Assembly (NCBI RefSeq): GCF_016433145.1
Contig: NC_058131.1
Coordinates: 359,569,233-359,633,232 of the forward strand
Source: Gracilinanus agilis
Taxonomy: Eukaryota
Length of the DNA stretch: 64,000 bases
Direction of reading: 5' to 3'
This document shows positions 12,760 through 25,997 of this stretch, in pieces. The position numbers and the translations under genes are program-made. Every line of letters starts with the position of its first letter. Within the stretch, counting starts at the first letter, position 1. The notes below the pieces were generated by a model. The model worked only from the letters and a program-made list of their open reading frames with translations, was not told where the DNA came from and did not search any database.

Positions 12760-13813
12760 CTATAAGGGCTGGGCAACTGGGGTTAGGTTAAACAGCTAGG
12801 AAGTGTCTGAGGCCAAATTTGAACCCAGAACTTCCAATTTCTAGGCCTGACTCTATCCACTAAGCCATCTAGCTGCCCCAGCCCTAGTCTTATTTATCTC
12901 AGAGTGTGATTTCAGCGAAAGTGCTGATCAACATTGGAAGATGGGTTTTCCTAAAATGGGAATTCCCTACACCAGTGAAATCACAGGTCCGATTTCCATC
13001 CCTATCTGTAGATGATAGTAGGTCCAAGTCTTAGTTCTGGTTTCAAAAGGTTTTGAGGTTTCAGCTTATTATTGGATCTTAGGGCCAAGATGAGTATTAC
13101 TAAACCCTCAAGTTGGTCCTGAAAACCTTGGAAGATGAGTTCTAAATCTCCCTAGCTAAGGATGTTGGGACAGGCATGAATTTTCAAAAGGAAGTATATT
13201 CATGTAATGCCCTTGAGACTTGGATCCTGGATATTAAGATTGTATCACTGACTCCATTGTGTAATCATCAGCCATACTTATATATCAGCAAACACCAGGC
13301 TTAGCCCATAAAGGACTTCCATTGAATAAAACCACAAACTCTAACTTCTTCCCCATTCCATTCCTTCTTTTCCCCTAATGGGTAATCGGGCCATATAGGA
13401 ATAACCACAATCATAGCAACTTAAACAATAATAAATCTTTAATGTTTATAATGGTGTCACCTAACAACAATTCTTTGAGTTGAGTATTGCACATAATTAG
13501 GTATGAGGAATTGAAGTGTTTTGCCCATGATCACACAGTTAGTAAGTATTGGAGCCGAATTTTGAACTCAGACCACTTTATTCTGAGTGCAGTTCTCTTT
13601 CTATTGCTCTAGGCAGTGTAAACGGTCTTAGGGATATAAACTTGGCCGTAATGAGAATTGGGGAAAGGAAAGAGAGTATTGAGTCTGGAGATAAGATTTA
13701 AGTCAAAGGATTTGATCTTTTCCCTTCAAGTATTTGAAAGGTTTTGATTATTCTGCTTGAACCCAGAGGCCAGAAGTAAGGCAGGTGGGTGGCATAGTGA
13801 ATAGAGCATAGAA

Positions 13814-14160
13814 TGGTGATGGCAAACCTATGACACGGGTGTCAACTCTGACACATAGCCATTTTCAATGACATGCGGCCTCATACAGAGAAGTATGGGG
13901 CTACATGCGGAGGATAAAACATTTGCTGTAATGTAGTGTAGACACTCTGTGCAGTATAGATGACAATTCTATCTATATTAATTTACCTATTTTGGTTTAT
14001 TAAATACAGTTGTATATTACAATTATACATTTTTGTTATTTAAACTATAAATATGGCAAAAAATATGTTGTTTTTTTTCTCAAAGTGACACACCACCTGA
14101 GTTATACTCGGTTTTTTGGTGAATTTCGACACACCAAGCTCAGAAGGTTGCTCATCACTG
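13814..14160. mobile_element. Non-autonomous hAT element inserted in a MIR/MAR1-type SINE
   Basis: Degenerate TIRs TGGTGATGGCAAACC / GGTTGCTCATCACTG; 8-bp TSD GCATAGAA / GTGTAGAA; the MIR head resumes after 14168. Confidence 0.75.
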
Positions 14161-14668
14161 GTGTAGAACTTGGAGTCATGATAACCTGAGTTTGAATCTG
14201 GCCTCCAACTCAAGCCCCTGGACAAGTCACTTAACCTCACTCTGCCTTTTTGTCGTCTCATCTATAAAATGGGAATAAAAATAACATTTCCCTCCAGCAC
14301 TATTTTGAGGATCAAGTGAGATAACACTTAAAGCACATTGCAAACCTCAAAATAATATATGAATGTTAGCTTTTATTATTATTATTAAATGTAGAGAAAC
14401 AGATTTTGACTTAATATGAAAGTAAGTTATCCTGAAGTGGAAGGAGCTGTTTGGGAAAGGTTTTCAAGCAGAGGCTGAACATCCACATGCCAAGAGTGAT
14501 ATAGAGACAAGATTATTGTTTAAGTAGTAGATGACTGAACACTCTTCAAGCCCTTCAAAGATTTTTGCTTCTATTTCTGCATTCTAAATTCTCTTCATTA
14601 TCATCTTGGATTTTCCCAACCTTGTACTATCTCTGAAAAGGAAATGAGTGGCTTCTTTGTTTTCCCAG

Positions 14669-14843
14669 GTCTGAAACAGCGGCGTGAAATAGCAGGGAAG
14701 AGTGCCATATTTGGTGGTGAGCATCTTATCCTGGAAGAAACGGATTGGTATCTGCTGAACCTCTTCCGAATCTGGTGGCACTATGGCATCAGCTTCCTGC
14801 GGCTGCAGATGTGGGTAGAGGAAGTCATGGAAAAGTTTATGAG
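14669..14843 (+). CDS. PCYOX1L: PCYOX1L coding exon 3
   Basis: Acceptor ttttcccag|GT; GLKQRREIAGKSAIFGGEHLILEETDWYLLNLFRIWWHYGISFLRLQMWVEEVMEKFMR; donor AG|GTGTGG; 175 nt. Confidence 0.97.
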
Positions 14844-16859
14844 GTGTGGCCCTGTGGAGAACTCGGTGAGAAAATTCCATTTTAAATACACTGGCCAAAG
14901 ATGGGTTCAGTGAGAACCAGGTTAGCTGTTTGCCTTTCAGCAAAAAAGGTATAGAAATAGCTATATGTGAGAGCACAAATATTAAAAAGGAAGCCTAGAA
15001 TGAGAATTGCAAATTTTTTCAGGTGATAATAGTCTTGATACAATGGGGAAAAAACCCCACTGAATATGGAATAGTAGGACTTTGGTTCAAAATCTCAACT
15101 CTGTTGCTTACTACCTGACACTGGGAAAGTCATATAGCTTCTCTGAACCTCAGTTTCTCTGTATGTAAAGTGAGATTAAACTGAATGATCTCCGGAGTCC
15201 CTGACAGCTTAGAAAAGCATTAGCTTATGTTTTGTTTGTTTACCCTAGCCTATGTGCCACAGACTGTGATGGGCATGTTGGGTAGGGGCTATAAAAGAAG
15301 TTTAATCATGATAAAAATAATTATGATCCCTATTTCTATGATATTCTGCCACATGCAGATCTCTTTCCTCAGAACAGCCCTGTAAGTTAGGCAGAACAGG
15401 TGGTATTATGGCCATCTCACAGATGGACAAACTGTGGCACAGAGAGTCAGTGACTTTCATAGGATCACATAGCTAGCAGAATGGTAATACTAAAAGATCA
15501 GGAGTGTTTGCTGCCCTCAAATAGCTTACAGTTTGCCATATTGATTTAAATATTCCTCATACTTTTTTCTTTTTGTATCTTTTTTTTTTTAATCCTTACC
15601 TTCCATCTTAGAATCAGTGTTGTGTATTGGTTCCAAAGCAGAAGAGCAGTAAGGGTGGTTAAGTCACTTGCCCATGGTCACATAGATAGGAAGTGTCTGA
15701 GGCCAGATTTGAATTTAGGACCTCCCATCCCTAGACCTGGCTCTCAATCCACTGAACCATCTGGCTGTCCCCTTCTTTTTGTATATCTAGCCTGTTAAAA
15801 ACTCAAGTGTCACACACACACACACACACACGTATGTATGTGTGTATAATCAATCAAAAAGCATTTGTTTTTTAAAATACTTTTTCATTAATATTTTTAT
15901 TTTTATAGACTAAATTTTCCTTTGTATGCCTCTAAGGGAGAGGTGTCTTCTCATAGCTCTTCTGTGAAGCCAAGCCTTTTCTTTGTAATTTTCACCATTT
16001 GTTTTGATTTTTTCGTGGTTTTTCTTTCCATTTCCATTTCAAAACACTTATTAAGTGCTGACTATGTATCAGACACTGTGGTGGGTGGTAGAAATATGAA
16101 GATAAAGAATGAAACAGTCTTTCTCTTTAAAGAACTTAGGTTTTAACTAGGAAGACAAATATATGTAGAATAAATATACCCATGTACATTTCTCCTTTCA
16201 AACAGTTCTTATTTTTAGGATTATGCCCTATTTTTCATTCATTGTGTACTCATTCAGATTGGATTGTGGAGTCATAGCTGGAAGGGACTTTTGATATCTC
16301 ATTCGGTCTAACCTTTTCATTTCATTAATGAGCAAACTGAACCCCAGAGGGGTAAGGTGACTTAAAATCGTGGAATTTCTGAACCTCAGTCTTCTCATGT
16401 GTAAAATAAGGATAAAAGTTATACTACTTACTTTAAAGAGCTATTTCGAAAAAAGTGCTTTACAAATAATAGAGAACTAGAGCAATGCAACCTGTTATTA
16501 TATAAGTTCAGAGGAGGCAGTTATCATATCCAGTGGAGGGAGTTAGGTTAGGGAAGAAGGAAGCATTTGAACTGGATTTAGAAAGAGATCCAATATATTG
16601 ATACACATACTTAGTCACGATTAGGGGAGGCAATGTGGTACATTGCAGGTGTGGGGAATGGTAGGAACAACAAAATGGATTTTAGAAAGTATGAGACATG
16701 ATTGGGAAACATCAAACTTAATTTGACCAGTGTTGGCTATATCTAATGGATAAACAAAGTTGGAAAGGAGCTAGATTGTAGAAGACCTTGAATGCCAAGA
16801 TGAGGTGCTTAATCTTATTTTACAGCAGTGGGTGGGGCATGTTATTTATGGTTTTTGAG

Positions 16860-17052
16860 CAGTGGTTCCCAAACTTTTTTGGCCTTCCTCCCCCTTTCCA
16901 GAAAAAATATTACTTAGCCCCCTGGAAATTAATTTTTTAAAAATTTTAATAGCAATTAATAGGAAAGGTAAATGCACCTGCAGCCATCACCGCTTCCCTG
17001 GATCACTGCAGCACACACCAGGGGGAGGTAGCGCCCACTTTGGGAATCACTG
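16860..17052. mobile_element. hAT MITE (193 bp), same family as 58836-59060
   Basis: TIRs CAGTGGTTCCCAAA / TTTGGGAATCACTG; perfect 8-bp TSD TTTTTGAG at 16852-16859 and 17053-17060. Confidence 0.92.
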
Positions 17053-17794
17053 TTTTTGAGTAAGGGAGTTACATTGTATAAGGGATTATGCATTGAGAAG
17101 ACCATTCTGTAAGTGTGTTTACAGAATTTAGAATTGTGTTTCAAAGAATGACTAAGATTTTGATAGATTGCAGCAAGGGGAGTATAGTGAAGAGTTCATT
17201 CCAGGTGAGGGGAATAATATAAACAACAAAATAGTCTCAAGAAAATATAAGATATGTTTGGAAAAGAAAAATTTCAGTTTAACTAGTACCCTTGAAATCA
17301 TATAATCTAGCCTGTACATTTTAGAGATGAGAAAACTATTAGAGAGGAGAAACTGGAGGCATGGAGCCAAGGTATGTGTTAGTCAATAAACATTTATTAA
17401 ACACCTACTATGTGCCAGGCACTGTAGTAAACAGTGGGGATACAAAGAGAGGGAAAAGACAGGCCCTGCCCTCAAGTAGCTCACAATCTGATGGGTGGAA
17501 GGCAACATACATGCAAAACTGACAAAGATAAAGATAGGGGAGAATGTACCTGGCTTTAGGGATGTGTTAAAATCTTACAACCTGGTCATATCCTGGGCCT
17601 CCTCCTTAAATGGAAGATTTGGGAAGAGATCTCCTATAGCCATCTTCCACTCACTCCAGTTAGAGAGAGGGAAGAGATCCAGGGACAAGGGTAGTGAGGA
17701 GGTGTTAGTTTTAGCGTTGATTCCATTTTGCAGGAAAGTGAATTTCTGGAGACAATGATTAAGTCTAAGAGAGCAAGCAGTTGGAAAAAATTTC

Positions 17795-18960
17795 TTGTTA
17801 TGAGCCCTAGTTACTGTAAAGACTCAGCTCAAGCTTTATCTTCTTGCAAAACCAAAAAGCCTTTAACAAGGTATAAGATTCTCATTTATACTAAAATCCC
17901 TACAAAGTATAAGCATAGAGGGACTCTTTAATATGACAAAATGTGTCTATCTGAAACCAAAAGCAAGCAAGCAAGCATCCTACGAAATGGAGACACACTA
18001 GAACTTTCCCCACTAAATATAAGATTAAACAAAGATGCCCACTCTCCCCACTGTTATTTGATATAGTTCTAGAAATGCTAGCAATAGCAGTACAATAAGA
18101 GAAAGAAATTAAATGTATAAAGATAGAGAAATAGGTGATAAAACTATTCCTATTTGTTGGTAATATCATAGTGTACTTGAAAAATCCTAGGGAATCAGCA
18201 AAAATACTGAAGTAATTTAATAGCTTTATCAAAGTTGTGAGCTAGAAAATAGCCCTTAAAAATCAGCTGCATTTCTATATAAGAATAAATCCGGGAAGCA
18301 ATAATAGAAAGGAAAATCACTTCAAGTAATTACTAAATGCATAAAGTATCTGGGTATCAGACTACCAAAACCACAAAAGACTCATATGGATTCAGTGGCA
18401 AAGTCTTCCTTTAATAAATGAAGAACAACTGAAATGGGTGGGGAAATATTCATTGCTAATGGCTAGGTAATACCAATGTAATAAAAATGACAATGCGACC
18501 AAAATTAATTTACACTTTTAATGCTATATCAATAGAATATCAAAGAGATACTTTATAGAATTTTATAAAATAATAAAATTCATTTGGGAAAATAAATCTA
18601 ATCTATCAAGGGGAATGATGAAAAGAAGTATAGATGAAGGGAGAATAGTACTTTGAGGCCTCAAACTGTTTTATAAAACAACAATTATCAAAACCATCTG
18701 GTATTAGTTAAAAAATAGAGAAATAGAGGAACAAAACAGACTAGAGAGGGGAGAGTCAGAAACAGTGGAAACAGTGGAACTTGGTATCCTAGTGCTTGAA
18801 AAACTGAAAACCTGGGAAAATTAGAAAGCAGTCAGCCAGAAATTAGACTAAGACTTATACCAGATTCCACAATATATTCTAAATAGATATATGACATTAA
18901 TATTAAAGATCATACTATTTAAAAAGTTAAGAGAGTAGTCTTCTCAGAGCACTAGGTAGG
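17795..18960 (+). mobile_element. Old degenerate L1 ORF2 fragment in PCYOX1L intron 3
   Basis: Recognisable L1 RT-region DNA (caagatgcccactctcccactgttattt; atagtgtacttgaaaaatcctaggg) with many stops and frameshifts. Confidence 0.8.
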
Positions 18961-19288
18961 AGATTAATTCTTTTTTTTTTTTTTTTTTAAACCCTTTCCT
19001 TCCATCTTAGAAGCAATACTGTGTTTTGGTTCTAAGGCAGGAGAGTGGTAAGGGCTAGGCAATGGGTTAAATGACTAGCCAGGGACACACAGCTGGAAAA
19101 TATCTAAGGCCAGATTTGAACTTAGGACCTCCCATCTCTAGGTCTGACTCACATACAAAATTAATGTATCGGGATTAAGAAGGGAAACAATCAAATAAAA
19201 AAGTCTATCTCAGGCTTCATTTTCTACATGAAAACAATTCCCTAATCCTCATGCCATATGTATATGTATATAGATATTCATTTTATGA

Positions 19289-19335
<47 letters not shown>

Positions 19336-19588
19336 CATACATATATACAATGTCTCTTCTGTTAGAATTCCCATTCTTGAGGTCAGGGATGGTCTCACTT
19401 TTGCTTTTGCTTCCTAAGTGCTTGGTATATAAGTATGTTAAAAATGCCTGGCATTTGATTTATCTAAGTTACATATGATGTAACATATGATGATGAGGTT
19501 CTTAAACTTTGGAGATAATTGCAAGTTTGATACACCAAAAATAAGGAGAATCATAAGATTCCAAGAGCTGATATTTACATAGCATTTT

Positions 19589-19788
19589 TTTGTTTTTGTT
19601 TTTGTTTTTTTTAAACCCTTAACTTCTGTGTATTGGCTCCTAGGTGGAAGAGTGGTAAGGGTGGGCAATGGGGGTCAAGTGACTTGCCCAGGGTCACACA
19701 GCTGGGAAGTGTCTGAGGCCAGATTTGAACCTAGGACCTTCCGTTTCTAGGCCTAACTCTCAATCCACTGAGCTATCCAGCTGCCCCC
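19589..19788 (-). mobile_element. SINE1_Mdo-type SINE, full length
   Basis: tRNA-derived head GGGGCAGCTGG.. with A/B-box-like motifs on the minus strand, A-rich tail, 15-bp TSD TTTACATAGCATTTT. Confidence 0.9.
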
Positions 19789-20185
19789 TTTACATAGCAT
19801 TTTAAAGTTTGAAAAGCACTGTACATTTTCTCATTTGATCTTCATTACAGCCCTATGAAGTAAGTAATAAAAGTACTGTTCTTCATTTTACATATGAGGA
19901 AAATGAGCCTGAAAGAGGGAAAATGACTTGTCCAGCATTACACAGCTAGTAAGTTGTAGAGCTGAGATTCAAACCCAGGTTTCTGGTTCCCAAATCCAGT
20001 GTTCTTTCTATCAAACTGTGTCACATCAACTTTCTACCTAAGTACTCTGTATCAAGTAGTTATAGAGGGTTCCATATGTCTGCTCCACTCACCCTATCCC
20101 CAGCATGTCAGAGTGACTCAGCAATGCTTGTTTGGGGGGTACTCTCAAGCCTAATCTCTAGTTGGGGGTTCCTTCTTTTCTTCAG

Positions 20186-20397
20186 GATATATAAGTACCA
20201 GGCCCATGGCTATGCCTTTTCAGGAGTAGAGGAACTGTTGTACTCAGTGGGTGAATATACTTTTATCAATATGACCCAGCGCTCTGTAGCAGAATGTCTG
20301 CTAGAGGTGGGGGTTACCCAACGCTTCATTGATGAGGTGATCACAGCCCTGCTGCGTGCCAGTTATGGACAACCTGCAACAATGGCTGCCTTTGCAG
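20186..20397 (+). CDS. PCYOX1L: PCYOX1L coding exon 4
   Basis: Acceptor cttttcttcag|G; IYKYQAHGYAFSGVEELLYSVGEYTFINMTQRSVAECLLEVGVTQRFIDEVITALLRASYGQPATMAAFAG; donor G|GTGAGT; 212 nt. Confidence 0.97.
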
Positions 20398-20612
20398 GTG
20401 AGTCTTAAAGCCTTTAGCTTGTCCTTCTTTGCCCATACCATTTTCTCTCAAATCGAAGGCCCTCCTTGACTCTTCCAAAGAGATCTTCTGCTGACTTTTC
20501 AGGAATAGTAGTAGACAATGTTTGATGAACTGACCGTACATTAAGAAATTACTCCCTCTACTCTATTGGCCCTCAGAATAAATGACCACATTTTTCTCTA
20601 AATTTCCTCCAG

Positions 20613-20753
20613 GAGCGATGTCACTTGCTGGAATTCAGGGGAATTTGTGGTCGGTGGAAGGGGGCAATAAACTAGTCTGTTCAGGATTGCTGAAGCTGAC
20701 TAAGGCCAATGTGATACATGCCAGGGTGACCTCTGTGGCTTTGCATAACACAG
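20613..20753 (+). CDS. PCYOX1L: PCYOX1L coding exon 5
   Basis: Acceptor tttcctccag|GA; read by hand (absent from the ORF track): AMSLAGIQGNLWSVEGGNKLVCSGLLKLTKANVIHARVTSVALHNT; donor G|GTGAGT; 141 nt, frame joins exons 4 and 6. Confidence 0.96.
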
Positions 20754-21984
20754 GTGAGTAACCAAGAAGCCAAATGGAGGAAGTAGATAGCATTAAAGGG
20801 AAGTGATTCGCCTTATTGGCGAAGGCAAATGGAAAAGTCACTGTAACATCTCAGAGGCTTTAACACTTTTGCCTAAACTCTATTTTGTGAATAATTAAGG
20901 AAACCAAACACCAAAAGCAGCCGCAGTAGTGATTTCTAGCACCAGAGGGCACTATCTCCATGGAGTCCTGCCTCTAGTCACAGGAGCATGCATTGTTAGA
21001 ACAAGAAGGGACCTTTGAAATCTAAGACCAAGCCTTTCTTTTTATAAATGGGGACATTGAAGCCCTGAAAAAGGGAACTAACTTGCCCAGGGTCGCACAG
21101 CCTGTTATTGGCAGTGCTAGGACTAACATTATGAAGTCTTGGCCTCCATTATATGCCTCTTTCCAATGAACTTTTTCCTTTGCTCAGTTGTTTCTTGGGA
21201 AATCAGTCACTGACTTCATTGCCTTGCCCAGGATTCTAAGGCATTGAGAAAATTCTTGTTGGGTTCCTTGGAAAATAAGGGGAAGAAACAATTAGAATTT
21301 GAGAAGATGAAGTTGATTGAAAAATGGGGGTAAGGTAGGTTGTGAGGACCCTGAAAAGACAGACATTTTGATTGGGGATTTGATTTGATTTCTTCAGGGT
21401 CACTAATGAAAATAAATATGCTAAAACTGACCCAGGCAGTTTTAATGGTTAGTAGCCCCTCTGCAGTGAAACAATGCTAATCCGGTCTACTTGTACCATG
21501 TGTAATCTGTGCTTTTCAGGATGCTTTCATAAATACCAAGTGATCTGATCCTATACACACTATGAGGAAGAAAGGAGAAATTGTACCTTCACTATACAAT
21601 TGAGAAAATAACTCAGAGGTGAAGTGATTGTTATAGCCCCATAGCAAACTAATGAAAAAAATGGGATAAAAACTGACATTTGTATAGTATATTAAGTTAT
21701 ACTAAGAATCTTACATATATTATTTCTTTTGAGCCTTACAATTCCATGGTGAAGTAAGTACTTTGAATGTGGGTATTATTATTCCCATTATACATGGAAA
21801 ATGGATTCCAAAAGGGTTAAGTGACTTGCCCAAGGTTACAGCAAATATTTCAGATAGCATATGAACCCAAATCTCTTGATTCCAAGTATCTGGTATTTTA
21901 TTATATGCTGCAGTAGGAATGTAGAGTAGTAAGTAGGCTATAGCCAAGAGATAAGTTAATCTTTATTCTTTTTTATCTCCTCAG

Positions 21985-22646
21985 AAGGCAGAGCCCTTTA
22001 TCAGGTATTTTATGAGAAGGAAGATAAAATGCATTCGGACTTCTATGATATAGTAGTCATTGCTACGCCCCTCTATGCTGGCAGTAACAGCAATATCACC
22101 TTTGATGGCTTTCAACCTCCCTTCGAAGAGTTTGTTGGTTCCTTCCAATCCACTGTCACTTCACTGGTCCATGGCTACCTCAACTCCTCCTACTTTGGCT
22201 TTCCTGATCCTAAGCTTTTCCCTTTTGCCAGTATTCTTTCTACAGATGCCCCCAACCTCTTTTTCCGTGCCCTGGACAACATGTGCCCTGTCAACATCTC
22301 AGCTACCTTCCGAAGAAAACAGCCACAGGAGGCGGCCATTTGGCGAGTCTTATCCCCTCAACCCCTGGAACGTCCCCAGCTGAAGAGCCTTTTCCGTTCA
22401 TATTATTCAGTCCAGACAGCTCAATGGCAAGCCTATCCACAGTATGGCTCCCGAATGGCTACGCCACTGTTTGCCCTCCACGACCAGCTCTTCTACCTCA
22501 ATGCCCTGGAGTGGGTAGCCAGTTCAGTGGAAATAAGTTCTGTGGCAGCTAAAAATGTGGCCCTCTTGGCCTATAACCGCTGGTACCAAGACCTGGATAA
22601 GATTGATCAGAAGGACTTGATACACAAAATTAAGACTGAATTGTGA
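21985..22646 (+). CDS. PCYOX1L: PCYOX1L coding exon 6 (last); protein ends in KDEL-like KTEL
   Basis: Acceptor tttatctcctcag|AA; EGRALYQVFYEKEDKMHSDFYDIVVIATPL...YFGFPDPKLFPF...ALHDQLFYLNALEW...AKNVALLAYNRW...IKTEL*. The six exons sum to 79+207+175+212+141+662 = 1476 nt = 491 aa plus stop, with no internal stop. Confidence 0.97.
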
Positions 22647-23019
22647 GAGCTACTAGAAGGAAGGGAGATAGGTAGGAGTCTATGGAACTTCATTTACATA
22701 ACAAACATTGATTAAGCACTTGCGTCATATGGAGTCCTGTACTCTAGAGGCTTAACCTGATATACACACATTTGGATAAAACAGGGCCTCTGCCTGCATG
22801 GAGCTTACAGTCTCCTGTAATGATGGTTCTTGATCTTAAGTAAGTGATCGCTTTTAAAGCAAAGGGAAACCTGTATCCCAAGCACTTGATTTGTCTTGTG
22901 TAAACCTCCTCTCTCCTGTGTCAGACTTTTCTGCTTGCCTTTTATGGATTTGGGGGAGGAGTTGCCTCAGGGGAGGGGGAAGTGGAGGCAAAATTATGCC
23001 TCTTTTTTATTTAATTTTA

Positions 23020-23025
23020 AATAAA
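23020..23025 (+). terminator. PCYOX1L: Candidate proximal polyadenylation signal of PCYOX1L
   Basis: First AATAAA I found after the stop at 22646; another candidate is at 25935-25940. Usage cannot be determined from sequence. Confidence 0.3.
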
Positions 23026-25997
23026 AATCAGTCCTCTAAATATGCCATTGACTTAACTTCTGATTTCCTAATTAAAGGGTAAAGTAAGTCAGGGTAGAGT
23101 TAGAGGAAAGCGTGGGAAGATTGCAGAAGCATAAATTTACCACTATACCTAACCTTAGAGATTGTGAAGTCCAGGATTTCTTAATTTTTTTTTTTGTCTC
23201 ATGGACCAATTTGGCAGTCTAGTGAAGCCTCTTGGACCCCTTCTCAGAATAATGTTTTTAAATGCATAAAACAAAATGCATAGAATTACAAAGAAAACAA
23301 ACCTTATTTAAATAGTTATAAAATTATTTAAAAAAAAACCAAGTTCATGGATTCTTGGTTAACCCTGGATCTATTCCAATCCTCTAATTTTACAGATGAG
23401 AAAACTGAGACCCAGCTTGCCAGTTGAACCTGTGCTCTGCCAGTCTTCCAGTTTGGAAAGGCTCTTGGTATGGTGCTGGAAACAAATGTTGTCTAGTAAT
23501 CAAGGACAAGACTAGCTAAGTTCATAAGGGTCTATTTCCAGCTGGTTGGGCTCTAGGTCATGAATTCTTTGACCATGAAGCAAAAGTACAAAATGACCCT
23601 CAGTCTTGTCCTTTTGCAGGGTAGTGGAAAAGGGGGGCAAGGGATGCTGAAATTACATGCTTTTTAGACTACAAAGTTTAACTCTTGATATGCTAAATGT
23701 GAAATCTTTGTCTATTGGTTTGATGTGCTGCTGAAACAACTATATCCATAAATACATGGATACTCATTATAACAGAAGCCAGAAGGCAAGTATAAAAATA
23801 GCCTTATGGCCACTTCTTGAAAAGGCAAATAGGTAAGGTTCAGAATAAAGAAGGGAGACAGAAAGGAAGGCAGAAGGAAGGAAGGAAGCAAATAAGGAAG
23901 AATGGAAGAGGGGAAGGAAATAAGCATATATCAAGTGCTAGACACTGTGCTAATTTCAAGCTACAAATGTAAACAGAAGGAAAAAAGTTCTCAAGGAATT
24001 TACATTTTTTAATCTTCCATTCTTTTATTTTCCCTTTTTTACTAATTTCTTTTTTTCATTTTTTCATTTTATTTTTATTGTCATGCAAAACACACTTCCA
24101 TCTTGGTCACTGTTGTAAGAGCACACTCATACAAAGCCCAAACCCCAAAATAAAACCATAAATGCACTGATATGAAAGATGGTATGCTTTGATCCACATC
24201 CATCCAACTCCAACAGTACTTTCTCTGGAGGTGGATAGCATTCCCCATCATAAGTCCTTAAGAATTGTCCCAGATCATTGCAGAATTTATATTCTAATGA
24301 TGGAGAACACCACAAAAAGGAGCTATAGAAAAGGGGAGTGTGAAGGTACTTAGGCTTAGATGCATGGGAAGGGAATGAAAGACAGATTGGACCCCTCTAC
24401 AGAACAGAGACCCCAGGAGGAGTTTGACAGTGGAAGAAGCAGAATGGGAAGATTCCAGGTTAAGACCACAGGGATAGTTGGGTATTCTAGGATGAAGAAG
24501 GTATTCCAGGTCCTAAGGAAAGTTCAAGAATGGGATAGCAGAAGAGACATGGTTTTGAATTCCAGGTGCTAGAAAAAGTCAGGAAGGAAATGAACTCTAA
24601 CAATGGGTAGAAATAGAAGAGAGATCTAGCCCTTCTCTCTGCCTCTGAGGAAACAGGTCATGGCTGCTACTAGAGACTTCAGCAAATTGGCAAATTCTCC
24701 TGGGCTCTCCTGAGACATTGAGGCTAAATCCTACTTTGGCAGCAAGGATAGTGACCTAAGATGGCATTGGTGGGAAACAGTTGTGTGGGGATTTTCATTT
24801 GTTAAGTGGAGGGAAGGCAGGTGTGTATGTAATAGAATGGGGTAGATGGAGACTGTCACAAAGTTAAGGCCGATTTGAACTATAAAGATGGACAAGTAAC
24901 TTCTGTCTAGAAAAGAGATCACAGAATTTAGGATGGGCAAAAGGTTTAGGAAATATCTAACCTCACCCCTTCTTTTACAGATGAGGAAACTGAGGCCCAG
25001 AGAGACTTGTGACTAGTGACTTGCCTACAAACAACAATGCTGAAATTTGAACTCAGGGCTATTGACTCTAAATCTAGTGCTTTTCCTACCAAGTTATTCT
25101 GTCATCTATTTGCTCTGTGGCTTCTTCAAAATGGACACATTGATCACAAAATAGGCTACATTTTCCCTTTAAATTTGGCCAGTATAACCCTAGGATGATC
25201 TATACTCATACTCTTGATAAGATAGCAATAAAAATGACAAGATCAAATTACCAAATTTCCATCTAAAGAAAAGCAATAAGGCCCACATAAAAAAAATACA
25301 AAACATTTTGTAGCAAGCATTTTTAATAGTGTGCATTGAGGTCATGAGGTTTTCTTTATACTCACTTAAGTTCTCCCACATATTATGGGAATTTTTTATT
25401 TTTCATTTTCTTTTATTAATTTTATTATCAGAGAATGAGAGGAGGTCAGGGCTGTTTCTCCTAATTAGGAGGTTATTGAGTTAGTTGGTACCTGTCTATA
25501 GGATATGAAAATATATTTAGGAAAAACATTCCTCAGATAAGAAGCCAGAGGAAAGATCTTAATTGTCCCCAACTCTGGATATCTTGATGACATGTAAATC
25601 TTTCCCCTTAATCAGTCTAGTGTGAACCCTGTAAATGTTTAATGTATAACCTTAGTTTACCTATAGAATCTGTTTAGGTTTGTTTCCTTAAGGAATATAT
25701 GAGATTATGCTTTTTTTTCACTGTTCAACTTTTATGACATTGAAGGAAACGGGATGATAAATCTGTCTTTAAAAAAAAAAACAACTTCTATGCCCTAAAA
25801 GAATGTATGAAATTACAATATGTGAAAGAATTATTTCTCTGTCAGTGATGTAATTTGGTCTGTTAGAAGCTTTGTTAGAATTCACATTTTGTTCAGGATT
25901 CCATTTCTACCTCGTGTTATCTATGCTTAAGCATAATAAAATCTAAATTTTATTTTTTGCCTCTAATTTCTGCATCATCTGTGTGGTCAATAGTTAC

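Noticed and set aside
17604-17613. Perfect CArG CCTTAAATGG in PCYOX1L intron 3
   Set aside because: Isolated; a few perfect CArGs are expected by chance in 64 kb of AT-rich DNA.
25460-25469. Perfect CArG CCTAATTAGG
   Set aside because: Isolated, with no supporting motif cluster.
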